NCBI GenBank assembly: GCA_964506795.1
Contig: CAZDMR010000006.1
Location: 11,275-75,274, forward strand
DNA from: an uncultured Acidobacteriota bacterium
Lineage (GTDB): Bacteria > Acidobacteriota > UBA6911
Direction: 5' to 3'
Length of the DNA stretch: 64,000 bases
The notes under the pieces are model-generated. The model did not search any database, was not told the DNA's origin, and saw only the letters and a program-made list of their open reading frames with translations. Positions 27,811-37,694 of this stretch are shown here, in pieces. Within the stretch, counting starts at the first letter, position 1, and the number at the start of each line of letters is the position of its first letter. The position numbers and the translations under genes were made by a program.

Positions 27811-28665
27811 TCAGAATCCAGCCGCTTTTCTCACGCCCAGCATTACCGGAACCGGCCGATGAGCCTTGTCAGACGGGCTGTTGAGCGTCCGCATTTCCTT
27901 GCCCGGTTCCTCTATCAACATGATGCTGCTGCCGCCGCCGTCGAGGTTGATGGATTGGGAACACCCGTGAGATCGAAGGATTTGCGCAAGTTCGTATAGC
28001 GTCACTCCTTCGCTGAAACCCCGTTGGCGCCCATCCACCACAACCAGCAGGAGCCAGGCGCCGCTCTCGTCGTATCCCAGCGCAGTTCTCGGGTGCAGAG
28101 CCCGATCCGCCCTGTCCGGCACGATCCGGGAATCCACTAAAAGCGGAGAAAACCAATCGGAAACAGCTTCCGCCACCGAATCGCCCGTCCCGGGATTTCC
28201 GATGTGAGGCCGCCCCGAGGAATCGAGCCAAAAAGCAGTTCGGCCGCTTTCCACAGGACTGATTGTGGCGCCTTGGGAAACCACCATTCCATGGACATTC
28301 ACCGGGAGGCCTTCAAACCACGCCGGCACGCTGCCCTTATCCTCGTTCAAGCCGGAAAAAGCATTTGCATTGACGGCTGCCAACGCCTGAAACTTCCTGA
28401 ATAAGTCCGCCGGTTTGGCCAATTGACTTTCGGCCGGCCCGGCAGCGTCGGGATCATCTGCTGGAAGTGCTACTACTTCAATCTGTTCGGCCTCAAGAGA
28501 GACTTTCAGAAAATGCATTCTAAGCGGCCGGGGAGATGTACGGATTTCAGTCCAACAAATCAACGCGCCGGGGCTGTCCGGAAACAAATCCAAAGCATCC
28601 TGGTCGCACCCGGCGCAGCATACTAATAAAATGAAGATCGCCGTTCCCGCAAAAACTCTTTTCAT
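27811..28665 (-). CDS. phosphodiester glycosidase family protein (NAGPA-like, DUF2233), lipoprotein
   Basis: NLDGGGSS motif. N-terminal signal with Cys cluster (LLVCCAGC). SD AGGGGA upstream. Confidence 0.7.
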   Translation of the reverse strand: MKRVFAGTAIFILLVCCAGCDQDALDLFPDSPGALICWTEIRTSPRPLRMHFLKVSLEAEQIEVVALPADDPDAAGPAESQLAKPADLFRKFQALAAVNANAFSGLNEDKGSVPAWFEGLPVNVHGMVVSQGATISPVESGRTAFWLDSSGRPHIGNPGTGDSVAEAVSDWFSPLLVDSRIVPDRADRALHPRTALGYDESGAWLLLVVVDGRQRGFSEGVTLYELAQILRSHGCSQSINLDGGGSSIMLIEEPGKEMRTLNSPSDKAHRPVPVMLGVRKAAGF

Positions 28666-29491
28666 TAGAATCCCCTGCTTATTCCCGATTTGCCAGTGAA
28701 TGACAACTGTCTGTTGCTAAACTCGGCTTGCCGGCTTAAAACTGAATTCATCGTTGGGTTCCTGAATCAATGAAACCGTATTCGAGAGGCCTACCGCACC
28801 GTAAAACGAATCTCGTCCAAGACGGTGCCGTCCTCTTGCTCGATTGAAAGTCTATAATCTCCAGGCCGCGGTTTCCATAGGCGGCCGCTTCCGGCCGGGC
28901 CAAGTTCCGCATCATTCAGCTTTAACAGCATCGAGGCCTTTGCGCCCTTGACGGTGAACGTCACGCGCTGCCGCTCACCCGGAATATCGGGATCGATTGC
29001 GATCACCATGTCGTCCGCCGAACTTGTGATGCGAGGGATCACGCCGCGGCGGCTCAACGGAAGGCAAAAACTCAACTCCGCGGGCCGATACCCCCTTGGA
29101 CGTGCGGGCTTTTTGAAAGGGCCGCCCTGCGTGCAACTTCGCCATGACTTCCCGCCAAACGGGCGCCGCGCACGAGACGCGGGATATCCTCGCTCCATTC
29201 CGGTTCAACCGGCATGCCCAGCAGCATGCGCACTGCGTCAGAATCTTCTGCAATCATAAGCCGCCCGAGCGCATCGCTGCGCTCCGTCGAGAATCCCATT
29301 CTTGTGCCCTGAAAGTTGGGCCGCGACCGCAGCATGCTTAGAGCCGTCCTACATTCTTGCTCCGCATTCGGGATACCCTTAGCGCGATCCGGTACACCAA
29401 GCCAATCAATCACAGCCGAGCTCGGCCACAGATTTGGCTCTATTGCAATACTGTCCAGCATAGTCGACCGGGCCGCTCCGTATCGCGACAG
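28647..29491. repeat. diverged segmental duplicate (copy A) of the pbpC 3' end plus an internal A2M segment
   Basis: 28647-~29165 aligns to 37856-~38440: near-identical over the first ~145 nt, about 85-88% over the coding part, with one ~50-nt indel. ~29165-29491 aligns to 40851-41178 inside the A2M gene. Confidence 0.8.
28791..29461 (-). pseudogene. remnant of alpha-2-macroglobulin / PbpC operon (internal deletion, frameshifts)
   Basis: ORFs 28791..29198 and 28975..29253 translate to PbpC C-terminal sequence (PVWREVMAKLHAGRPF..., ...YRLSIEQEDGTVLDEIRFTVR). ORF 29072..29461 translates to an A2M segment (IEPNLWPSSAVIDWLG...). The frames are discontinuous. Confidence 0.7.
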
Positions 29492-29597
29492 CTTGTTTTG
29501 ATGGATTTGCTGCCATGAATATGAGATTATGCAATCACTTTTTTCCCGTTACTCCATAATCCATTCGTGCGGGAAAATTTCGGATAGGAACACGGAG

Positions 29598-31061
29598 ATG
29601 GTGAAGAAAAAACGGGCACCTATGTTGCCGGACGGTATTGAAAAATGCCCGACGGGCATTACGGGCCTTGATGAGATCACCGAGGGTGGATTGCCCCGCG
29701 GCCGCCCGACGCTTGTCTGCGGCGGAGCGGGCAGCGGAAAGACGCTGCTGGCGATGGAGTTTCTCGTTCGCGGCATCACGGAATTCGACGAACCGGGCGT
29801 TTTTGTGGCGTTTGAGGAAACCGCCGAAGAACTGGCTGAAAATGTCTCCTCATTAGGCTTTGACGTAAAGGGCCTGATTGCCCGGAAAAAGCTCGGTATC
29901 GATCACATAGAAATAGAGCGCAGCGAGTACATAGAAACCGGCGAATTCGACCTGGAGGGCCTGTTCGTTCGGATCAATTGGATGATTGAACAGACGAAGG
30001 CCAAGCGCCTGGCTCTCGATACCATCGAAGCGCTTTTTGCCGGGATGCCTAACGAGGCCGTCCTGAGGGCAGAATTGCGGCGCCTGTTCCGCTGGCTCAA
30101 GGACCGAGGTGTCACGGCAATCATCACAAGCGAACAGGGCAAAAACACTCTGACCCGCTACGGCATCGAGGAATACGTCAGCGATTGCGTAATTTTCCTG
30201 GATCACCGCGTGCGCAATCAGATCGCCACCCGCCGGCTGCGGATTGTTAAATATCGCGGATCCAAGCACGGTACCAATGAATATCCTACTGTAATTGACG
30301 AGAACGGCCTGTCGGTCCTGCCGATCAGCTCGCTAGCACTCAATTACCCAGCCGGCAACGAGAGGATTTCATCAGGGTTGCCGTGGTTGGATGACATGAT
30401 GGGCGGCAAGGGCTATTTCCGCGGATCCAGCATTCTGGTTTCCGGCGGCGTCGGTACGGGCAAAACCAGTGTTGCGTCGTCTTTTGTCGACGGCATTTGC
30501 CGCCGCGGCGCACACTGCGTATATATCTCGCTCGAGGAATCACCGGCCCAGATTGTACGAAACATGCAATCCATCGGCATCGATTTGGGAAAGTGGCAGA
30601 AAAGGGGCCTCCTCACCTTCAATTCCGTCCGCCCGACTTTTTTCGGACTGGAGACCCACCTGGCGAAAGTTCACCGGATCGTCGACGAGTTTAATCCCGC
30701 GGCCCTGGTAATGGATCCAATCACAAGCTTTTCCCCAGTGGGAGAAGCAGCCGAAATACGCGCAATGTTGACAAGAATAATGGATTTATTGAAAAGACGC
30801 CGGATAACCACGATATACACAAATCTCACGACCGGAGAAAGCTCGCTGGAAGGAAGCGAAGCCCCAATTTCCTCTCTCATAGACACATGGCTGGTTTTGA
30901 GCATGGTTGAAACCAAGGGAGAAAGATCCCGCTTTCTGCATATTTTAAAAAGCCGGGGAATGGTGCATTCCCTGAAGGACACATACATCCAACTAACCGA
31001 CAGAGGAATTCAAGCTGCGACTAGTCCGCCGATTCCGGGAAGGGACCTTCCGCGAGTGTGA
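29598..31061 (+). CDS. kaiC: circadian-clock-type protein KaiC (double RecA/AAA domain)
   Basis: Two Walker A motifs ([16 protein letters not shown]) with catalytic Glu pairs ([11 protein letters not shown]). A Ser-Ser pair ([11 protein letters not shown]) sits where cyanobacterial S431/T432 lie. ATG 29598 with SD. Confidence 0.9.
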   Translation: MVKKKRAPMLPDGIEKCPTGITGLDEITEGGLPRGRPTLVCGGAGSGKTLLAMEFLVRGITEFDEPGVFVAFEETAEELAENVSSLGFDVKGLIARKKLGIDHIEIERSEYIETGEFDLEGLFVRINWMIEQTKAKRLALDTIEALFAGMPNEAVLRAELRRLFRWLKDRGVTAIITSEQGKNTLTRYGIEEYVSDCVIFLDHRVRNQIATRRLRIVKYRGSKHGTNEYPTVIDENGLSVLPISSLALNYPAGNERISSGLPWLDDMMGGKGYFRGSSILVSGGVGTGKTSVASSFVDGICRRGAHCVYISLEESPAQIVRNMQSIGIDLGKWQKRGLLTFNSVRPTFFGLETHLAKVHRIVDEFNPAALVMDPITSFSPVGEAAEIRAMLTRIMDLLKRRRITTIYTNLTTGESSLEGSEAPISSLIDTWLVLSMVETKGERSRFLHILKSRGMVHSLKDTYIQLTDRGIQAATSPPIPGRDLPRV

Positions 31062-31107
31062 ATCATTACGCCTGGAAGGCAAATCCCGATCGACAGGAGA
31101 AGATTTC

Positions 31108-31437
31108 ATGCATCCGGCAGGAAAAGGAAGCAGAAAGTCAGCAAGTCAGAAAGATCCGGGGGAATCGTGGGAATTACGGCTTTACATAGCCGGGGAGACA
31201 CAGCGGGCGGTCGCCGCGCTTACGAATTTGAAAAAGATTTGCGAAGAGCACCTGAATTCCAAGTACCGCATAGAAGTCATAGACCTTCTCAAAAATCCAA
31301 AGTTGGCCAAAGGGGATCAAATCCTGGCGGTGCCTACACTCGTACGCAAGCTGCCGGTGCCTGTGCGCAAAATCATCGGGGATTTGTCGAACACCGAGCG
31401 GGTCCTTGTGGGGCTGGATCTGCGGTCCCGGAGCTGA
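31108..31437 (+). CDS. kaiB: KaiB (thioredoxin-like clock protein), paralog 1
   Basis: KaiB core [12 protein letters not shown]...[12 protein letters not shown]...IGDLS. AGGAGA lies 7 nt upstream. Confidence 0.85.
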   Translation: MHPAGKGSRKSASQKDPGESWELRLYIAGETQRAVAALTNLKKICEEHLNSKYRIEVIDLLKNPKLAKGDQILAVPTLVRKLPVPVRKIIGDLSNTERVLVGLDLRSRS

Positions 31438-31480
31438 TACCCGCCCGGCTCTTCATTTTAAAAAGAAAAGGGCGGCCTTC

Positions 31481-31828
31481 ATGGCGGCAAAACGAACTAC
31501 TACCCACAGCGCGCAAAACCCGGAAAAGGCTCCAAATCAAAAGATGTCGAAACAGAAGTACGTTCTGACCCTCTATATTGCAGGGATCAGTCCAAGATCA
31601 TCCGCCGCGATCCGGTCAATCAGGGAAATCTGCGACGAGCATTTGCAAAATCGATATGAACTGGAAATCGTCGATATTTACCAACGGTCGGCTCTGACGA
31701 AAAAGGCCCAGATTGTTGCAGCCCCAACGCTTATCAAAAAACTGCCCAAACCGTTGCGGCGGTTCATAGGAGATCTTTCCGAAAAAGAGCGGATTCTGAT
31801 CGGGCTGGATCTTAAGACCAACAAATAG
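31481..31828 (+). CDS. kaiB: KaiB paralog 2
   Basis: LTLYIAGISPRS...IVAAPTLIKKLP...IGDLS, about 50% identical to paralog 1. A shorter MSKQKY start is possible. Confidence 0.85.
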   Translation: MAAKRTTTHSAQNPEKAPNQKMSKQKYVLTLYIAGISPRSSAAIRSIREICDEHLQNRYELEIVDIYQRSALTKKAQIVAAPTLIKKLPKPLRRFIGDLSEKERILIGLDLKTNK

Positions 31829-31839
31829 TTGGTGCCGTT

Positions 31840-33546
31840 ATGCAGACAAAAAAAAAGCCACCGGAAAAAAGGGCGCAGGAACTTCAGCGGAAGAACAAAG
31901 AACTTCGGCTTCGGCTTGCGGAGGCGGAAGAAACTCTGCGGGCCATCCACGAAGGCGAAGTGGATGCCGTGGTGGTATCCGGGAGGAAAGGCGAACAGAT
32001 TTATTCGCTTGTGGGCGCCGATTCCATTTACCGCCTGATTGTGGAGACCATGAGAGAGGCCGCTTTTATGGTCTCTTTGGAGGGGATAATTCTGTTCTGC
32101 AACGCACAGTTCGGCGAATTCGTCAAACAGCCGATGGAGCGCATCCTCGGCCGGCCTCTGCGGGAATTCGTTAGTCGGGACGACCGCTCTGCTTCCGACT
32201 CGCTGCTGGCGCAAGCCCGGAATCATCCCGTCAAGGATCGGTTGGTTTTTTCCGATGCCGGCGGTAAAGCTAAGCCAGCGCATATTTCCGCCGGCGTTCT
32301 GGATCATCAGGACGGTCCGAGTATCTGCATAGTGGCCACAGACCTGAGCGACCTTGAAAGCTCGTCGAAATTGATTCGTCAACTTTGCGACCAGCGGGAG
32401 GAATTGAACCGGCAGCGCGCTCAGCTGGAAGCGATTTTTAAATACTTACCGGTAGGCATCATAATCGCCGAGTCGCCGTCCGGAAAAATCGTCTTGAGCA
32501 ATGAAAGAGTCGAACAGATCTGGAAGCACGAAAAATTCTCCCAGCCGGAATGCAAAAGCGAGTACGACAAGTACAAAGGATTCCACGCGAACGGCCAGCC
32601 CTATCTTTCCCATGAATGGCCTCTCGCCCGGACTATTGCTTCCGGGGAGAGAGTCCTGCAGGAAGAGGTACGATTTCAGAGGGGCGACGTTTCGTTCGGC
32701 TGGATGTCTATAAACTCGGCCCCAATCCGCGGAAACGACGGGAAAATCATAATGGGCATGGTTGCTTTTACCGACATAACCGCGCGCAAGCAGGCCGAGG
32801 AAGAACTCCTTAGGATGAATGAAGCACTCGAGCGCCGTGTCGCTGAGCGGACCAAAGAGGTTCAACAGCGGGCGGACGAACTGCGAGCGCTGGCTGCTCA
32901 ACTGATTCGCTCAGAGCAAGAAGAGCGCAGCAGCTTGGCGCGGATACTTCATGATCATATCCAGCAGCTCATCGTGGCCGGGCAGTTCCAGTTGGAATAT
33001 ATCAGACAGCGCAGGGATATGGGATTTGAAGAATTGCAGCAAGAAATACAGCAGGCGAACAATATTCTGGACGAAGCATTGGAAGCGTCCCGTTCTTTGG
33101 CCGTCGATCTGTACCCTCCTGCGCTTCACAAAGGCGGATTGATCCAGGCGCTGAAATGGCTTGCCGTCCGCATGCGGGGAAAATACTACTTCACCGTCAA
33201 TCTCGGCGTGGCGGATGATGCAGAGCCGACAAAGGATGAACTGCGGTTTTTCCTCTTTGATTGCGCGAGAGAGTTGCTTCTTAATGCTGTAAAGCACTCC
33301 GGTGTGCGGGAGGCGGACATCGATCTTTCGCGAACCAACAAAAACACAATCCAAATGATCGTGCGCGACCTGGGCAAGGGATTCGATATTGAAAAGTTTC
33401 AGAATCGGAATCCGGAAGAGTCCACTTTCGGCCTGTTCAGCATTCAACAGCGCTTGATATATATGGGAGGCCGGATAGAGATAAAAAGTGTGCCCGGAAA
33501 GGGTACCACTGTCATGCTGGTCGCACCGGATCACCTGATCAGCTAA
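31840..33546 (+). CDS. PAS-domain sensor histidine kinase (HisKA_3 / NarL-partner type), cytoplasmic
   Basis: N-terminal coiled coil, two PAS-like regions, HisKA_3 His box (LHDHIQQLIVAG) and a HATPase_c domain. Starts 11 nt after kaiB2. Confidence 0.85.
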   Translation: MQTKKKPPEKRAQELQRKNKELRLRLAEAEETLRAIHEGEVDAVVVSGRKGEQIYSLVGADSIYRLIVETMREAAFMVSLEGIILFCNAQFGEFVKQPMERILGRPLREFVSRDDRSASDSLLAQARNHPVKDRLVFSDAGGKAKPAHISAGVLDHQDGPSICIVATDLSDLESSSKLIRQLCDQREELNRQRAQLEAIFKYLPVGIIIAESPSGKIVLSNERVEQIWKHEKFSQPECKSEYDKYKGFHANGQPYLSHEWPLARTIASGERVLQEEVRFQRGDVSFGWMSINSAPIRGNDGKIIMGMVAFTDITARKQAEEELLRMNEALERRVAERTKEVQQRADELRALAAQLIRSEQEERSSLARILHDHIQQLIVAGQFQLEYIRQRRDMGFEELQQEIQQANNILDEALEASRSLAVDLYPPALHKGGLIQALKWLAVRMRGKYYFTVNLGVADDAEPTKDELRFFLFDCARELLLNAVKHSGVREADIDLSRTNKNTIQMIVRDLGKGFDIEKFQNRNPEESTFGLFSIQQRLIYMGGRIEIKSVPGKGTTVMLVAPDHLIS

Positions 33547-33822
33547 TTCGCATTTCTCCCCGGCTTCCATGGCGAGGCGGCCCAGACGGGCATGCATGCA
33601 AGGCGCGCGGCCGCACAGTTCCGCAGTCGTATCCGGCAGGACATCGCGCAACGCGACCGGGCGCAACATCATGGACACGCCCGGATCCTCCGTAACAAGC
33701 ATTTCCGATATCGCCAACCTGGTGAATGAAAGCCAAATTTTCCGGGCATATTCTGTAACGTACAAGAGAGGGCGTCGGTCTATAGCCATAGAGGATGACA
33801 TAAACTGAAAAGGAGCACTGTA

Positions 33823-36321
33823 ATGGATCCCGTCCAACCGAATGAGCCCGACAAACGCAGGACAGTGAAGGTGGAACCGTTGGAAATCCGCGATTTGTAC
33901 CTCCGGTGCGATCCGGACCAGTTCCATTTTGAAACCACATCGGAACTGGAATTCGATATCGGGCCGGTGCATCAGCCGCGGGCGGCTGAATCGCTGAAAT
34001 TCGGCATGAATATTGAACACGAAGGCTACAACATATTCGCCCTGGGGCACCCCGGTACCGGCAAATATACACTCGTGAACCGATTCCTGCAGAATCAGGC
34101 GAAGAACGAAAAACGCCCTCAAGACATATGCTACGTCAACAACTTCGAAGAATCCCACAAGCCGCGAATCCTCCAGATGCCCCCCGGAAAAGGGAAAGAG
34201 CTATCCGGGGATATGAAAAACCTGGTGGATGAAATAGGCAACAGCCTGCGGGCCGCTTTCGAAAATGAAGAAAATCAGAACAGGCGGCAGAGAATTGCTC
34301 AAGATCTGGCCGACCGGCAGCAGAAGGCCTTCGAGGAGCTGCAAAAAAACGCGGAGAAGCGGGAATTGAGTCTCTTTCGTATGCCGGGAGGCTTTGCATT
34401 TGCTCCCATCCGCGATGGAGAGGTGATTCCACCGGAAGAATTTAAAAAGCTGCCTGAAGATGAGCGGAAGAAAGTCGAAGAACAGGCTCAGGAACTGATG
34501 CAGGAGGCGCAGAAGCTGTTCCAGAAGATCCCCCAGTGGGAGCGCGAGGTCCGGGAAAAAAGCCGGGAGTTAAACCAGGAAATAACCCAGTATGCAATCG
34601 GCCCGCTCCTGGAGGAGATCCGAAAGAAATACGCGGGAATGCCGAAAGTTCTGGATTATGTGGATGCGGTGGAAAAAGACATTATCGACAACGCCCAGGC
34701 CATCCTCGAGCAGCAGGAAAGCCGGCCTCAGCTGCTGCTACAACAGGCGGCGCAGGGCCAAGCGCAGCAGCAGGAACTGTTTCCCGGGCCATCTTCACAA
34801 GCACAACCTCCTATCCTGCGGCGATACCAAGTTAATGTCCTGGTAGACCACAGCGAGACAAAAGGCGCGCCGGTTATACACGAATACAATCCTACATATC
34901 AAAATGTCACCGGACGTGTGGAGCACCTGGCTCAAATGGGAATGCTGCTCACCGATTTTAATATGATCCGGGCCGGCGCTCTGCATCGGGCCAACGGCGG
35001 TTATTTGATTCTCGATAGTCTTAAAGTACTGATGCAGCCTTTCGCCTGGGAAGGCCTGAAGCGGGCATTGCAAACGCGGGAGTTGAAGATAGAGTCTTTG
35101 GGACAGGCGTACAGCCTGGTCAGCACCGTCTCCCTGGAACCGGAGCCGATGCCGCTGGATGTAAAAGTCATACTGCTCGGCCCCCCGCAGATCTACTACC
35201 TTCTGCGCGCCTACGATCCTGAATTCGGGAAGCTCTTCAAAGTAGCTGCGGACTTTGATTATGAGATGGCGCGCACCAGCGAAAACCAGGAAGCCTATAG
35301 CAAATTGATTGCCGACGTGGCGCGCACCGAGGGGCTGCGCTCCTTGGACCGCAATGCCGTCGCAAGGGTCATCGAACAGAGCGCCCGAAACGCCGGGGAC
35401 AAGGAAAAGCTTTCCGTGCATCTGCAGAGCATGACGGACCTTCTAAAAGAATCGGATTACTGGGCGGGACAGAATGGCAATGGTGCGGTTTCCGCCGCAG
35501 ACGTTCAAAAAGCCATCGATTCCCGGATCTACCGCTCGGACCGGGTGCGGGAGCGGATCCAGGAGCACATCACGCGCGGAACCATCATCATCGACACCGA
35601 GGACGCCAAGGTCGGGCAGGTCAACGGGCTTTCAGTCATCACTCTCGGAGATTTCTCCTTTGGACAGCCCAACCGGATCACGGCCAGGGTCCGCATGGGA
35701 AAAGGCGAAGTCGTGGATATCGAGAGGGAAGTGGAAATGGGCGGCCCGATTCACTCCAAAGGCGTTCTGATCCTGGCCGGTTTTTTGGGCGCCCGGTACG
35801 CCGTGAAGCTGCCCCTGTCGCTTTCGGCCAGCCTGGTATTCGAGCAGTCTTATAACAGCATAGAGGGTGACAGCGCTTCCTCGGCCGAACTGTATGCCCT
35901 GCTTTCGGCTATTGCCGGCGTGCCCGTCAAGCAATCCTTTGCGGTGACGGGATCGGTGAACCAGCACGGACAGATTCAGCCCATCGGAGGCGTGAATGAA
36001 AAAATCGAGGGGTTCTTTGATATCTGCAAGGCGAAGGGGTTGAACGGCGATCAGGGTGTGCTCATTCCTGCGTCCAACGTGAAAAACCTGATGTTGCGGC
36101 GGGATGTGATCGAGGCGGTGGAACAGCAAAAATTCCGCGTATATCCCGTGGAAACCGTCGACCAGGGCATAGCGCTGCTTACCGGGATGGAGGCCGGTGA
36201 ACCGGATGCGGAGGGCGACTATCCGGAAGAAACCGTCAACGGCAAGGTTCAAAGGAGGCTGGAAGATTTTGCGGAAAGGCAGAAGAAATTCAGCATATCC
36301 GGAGAAAAGGTGAATTCATGA
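33823..36321 (+). CDS. Lon-like AAA+ ATP-dependent protease (COG1067 / LonB-like, soluble)
   Basis: Walker A GHPGTGKYT. C-terminal S16 Lon domain with catalytic Ser (GDSASSAEL) and Lys (IGGVNEKIEGF). AAAGGAG SD. Confidence 0.8.
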   Translation: MDPVQPNEPDKRRTVKVEPLEIRDLYLRCDPDQFHFETTSELEFDIGPVHQPRAAESLKFGMNIEHEGYNIFALGHPGTGKYTLVNRFLQNQAKNEKRPQDICYVNNFEESHKPRILQMPPGKGKELSGDMKNLVDEIGNSLRAAFENEENQNRRQRIAQDLADRQQKAFEELQKNAEKRELSLFRMPGGFAFAPIRDGEVIPPEEFKKLPEDERKKVEEQAQELMQEAQKLFQKIPQWEREVREKSRELNQEITQYAIGPLLEEIRKKYAGMPKVLDYVDAVEKDIIDNAQAILEQQESRPQLLLQQAAQGQAQQQELFPGPSSQAQPPILRRYQVNVLVDHSETKGAPVIHEYNPTYQNVTGRVEHLAQMGMLLTDFNMIRAGALHRANGGYLILDSLKVLMQPFAWEGLKRALQTRELKIESLGQAYSLVSTVSLEPEPMPLDVKVILLGPPQIYYLLRAYDPEFGKLFKVAADFDYEMARTSENQEAYSKLIADVARTEGLRSLDRNAVARVIEQSARNAGDKEKLSVHLQSMTDLLKESDYWAGQNGNGAVSAADVQKAIDSRIYRSDRVRERIQEHITRGTIIIDTEDAKVGQVNGLSVITLGDFSFGQPNRITARVRMGKGEVVDIEREVEMGGPIHSKGVLILAGFLGARYAVKLPLSLSASLVFEQSYNSIEGDSASSAELYALLSAIAGVPVKQSFAVTGSVNQHGQIQPIGGVNEKIEGFFDICKAKGLNGDQGVLIPASNVKNLMLRRDVIEAVEQQKFRVYPVETVDQGIALLTGMEAGEPDAEGDYPEETVNGKVQRRLEDFAERQKKFSISGEKVNS

Positions 36322-37175
36322 ACGAGGCAAATCGGAACAGTTCATCGGAAATCCGCCGTATCCTGGTTGCGGTGGACGCCTCCCCGCGCAGTTTGGCCAG
36401 AATCGAGACCGCAGCGGAGCTGGCCGCGAATCTGCAGGCGGAACTCATCGGCATTTTCGTAGAAGAAGCAAACCTTTTGCGGATGGCGGAACTGCCTTTT
36501 GCCAGGGAAATCAGCATGTTTTCGCCGATCGTCCGCCGGATCGAGCTCGAGCGGCTTCAGTGGGAGCTCCGCGCGCAGGCTGATCGAATGCGGCGGGCCC
36601 TGGCCTCGGCGGCGGATTCCAGAAAGGTTCCCTGGACGTTCAGCCAAGTTCGGGGTTCCGTGGCGGCGGAGGTTCTGGCGGCGGCTTCCAAAGCGGATCT
36701 GATCATTGTGGGCAAAATGACGTGGGCGCCGGCCGGAGCGAGGCGGCTCGGATCCGAGGTTCAAATGATACTGAGGCAGGGCAGGGGATTGACGCTGGTT
36801 ATCCACGAGCGAACCAGCTGGAGCCTGCTTCCGATCACGGTGGTTTTCGACGGTTCGGATCTGTCCCAAAAAGCCCTGCACATAGCGGCCCGTCTGGTAC
36901 AAATCCACGGCGGCAGGCTGAATGTCCTGATCCTGGCTTCCGGCCGGGAGACGGCCCGGGAAAAGCAGGCAAAGGTTGCGGAAGAATTGTCGGAGCGGAA
37001 GCTTGCGGCCGAATTCCGCCTTTTGATCAATCCGACCCTTAACACGGTCGCCTGGCTGGTTCAAAATCTGGGAAGCAATCCTCTGGTGCTTCCCTGCAGC
37101 GAAAATCTTTTGCAGGGCGAAGAATTGTGTTCTCTGATCCGCGATGTCGACAATCCGGTGTTCCTTGTGAGATAG
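36318..37175 (+). CDS. universal stress protein, tandem Usp domains
   Basis: Two UspA-like halves (ILVAVDASPRS...; ITVVFDGSDLS...). Its start overlaps the Lon-like stop (ATGA). Confidence 0.85.
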   Translation: MNEANRNSSSEIRRILVAVDASPRSLARIETAAELAANLQAELIGIFVEEANLLRMAELPFAREISMFSPIVRRIELERLQWELRAQADRMRRALASAADSRKVPWTFSQVRGSVAAEVLAAASKADLIIVGKMTWAPAGARRLGSEVQMILRQGRGLTLVIHERTSWSLLPITVVFDGSDLSQKALHIAARLVQIHGGRLNVLILASGRETAREKQAKVAEELSERKLAAEFRLLINPTLNTVAWLVQNLGSNPLVLPCSENLLQGEELCSLIRDVDNPVFLVR

Positions 37176-37694
37176 CGGCCCCTTGACGGATCCGGCGGCT
37201 TCGCCCCCGGATTGAAACGCCTCAAATTATTTCGAGAACCTCTATCTCAAAATTAAGATTCTTGCCCGCCAAGGGGTGGTTTGGCACAAGAGTAATTCTT
37301 TCATCGGTAAAATCGCTTGCGGAAACCAGGAAACCATGCACTCCGGCCGGAATGCCGGAAAAGATCAGCCCGTATCCTCCGTATCCATTGTTCGCCTGTG
37401 ATGGGCCATTTTATAAATTCGGGGGGCGGAGCTCCAGCCGGTTTCAAAAAGATACCGGCATTGGCGGGCGCGGTCCATCGGTATCGTCTTATTCAACGGG
37501 GAAACTGTAAACACGGGAAATAGCGGCAGCCGAGGTCATGATATGCCGTGCGTAAGCCTAGCCTGCGCCTAAATTGCGGCACCAAACCGCAGCGCTCCAA
37601 GAGGCCGCCTGATTGAAACATTTGGGAATTGAGCAGTGAAACGCTGCTGAAACCGGTGCCTGTCGGAGGGGAAATTCCCGTTTGGCGCCGAAAC

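Noticed and set aside
28975-29253. 92-aa ORF as an independent small gene
   Set aside because: Its translation is a frame-shifted fragment of the PbpC C-terminus, so it is part of the pseudogene remnant.
32911-34158. 415-aa minus-strand ORF
   Set aside because: It is antisense to the histidine kinase and Lon-like genes and has no motifs.
33823-36321. BREX BrxL-type Lon-like protease (defence system)
   Set aside because: No BREX partners (pglZ, pglX, brxC, brxA/B) are present. The gene sits in a Kai/HK/USP stress cluster instead.
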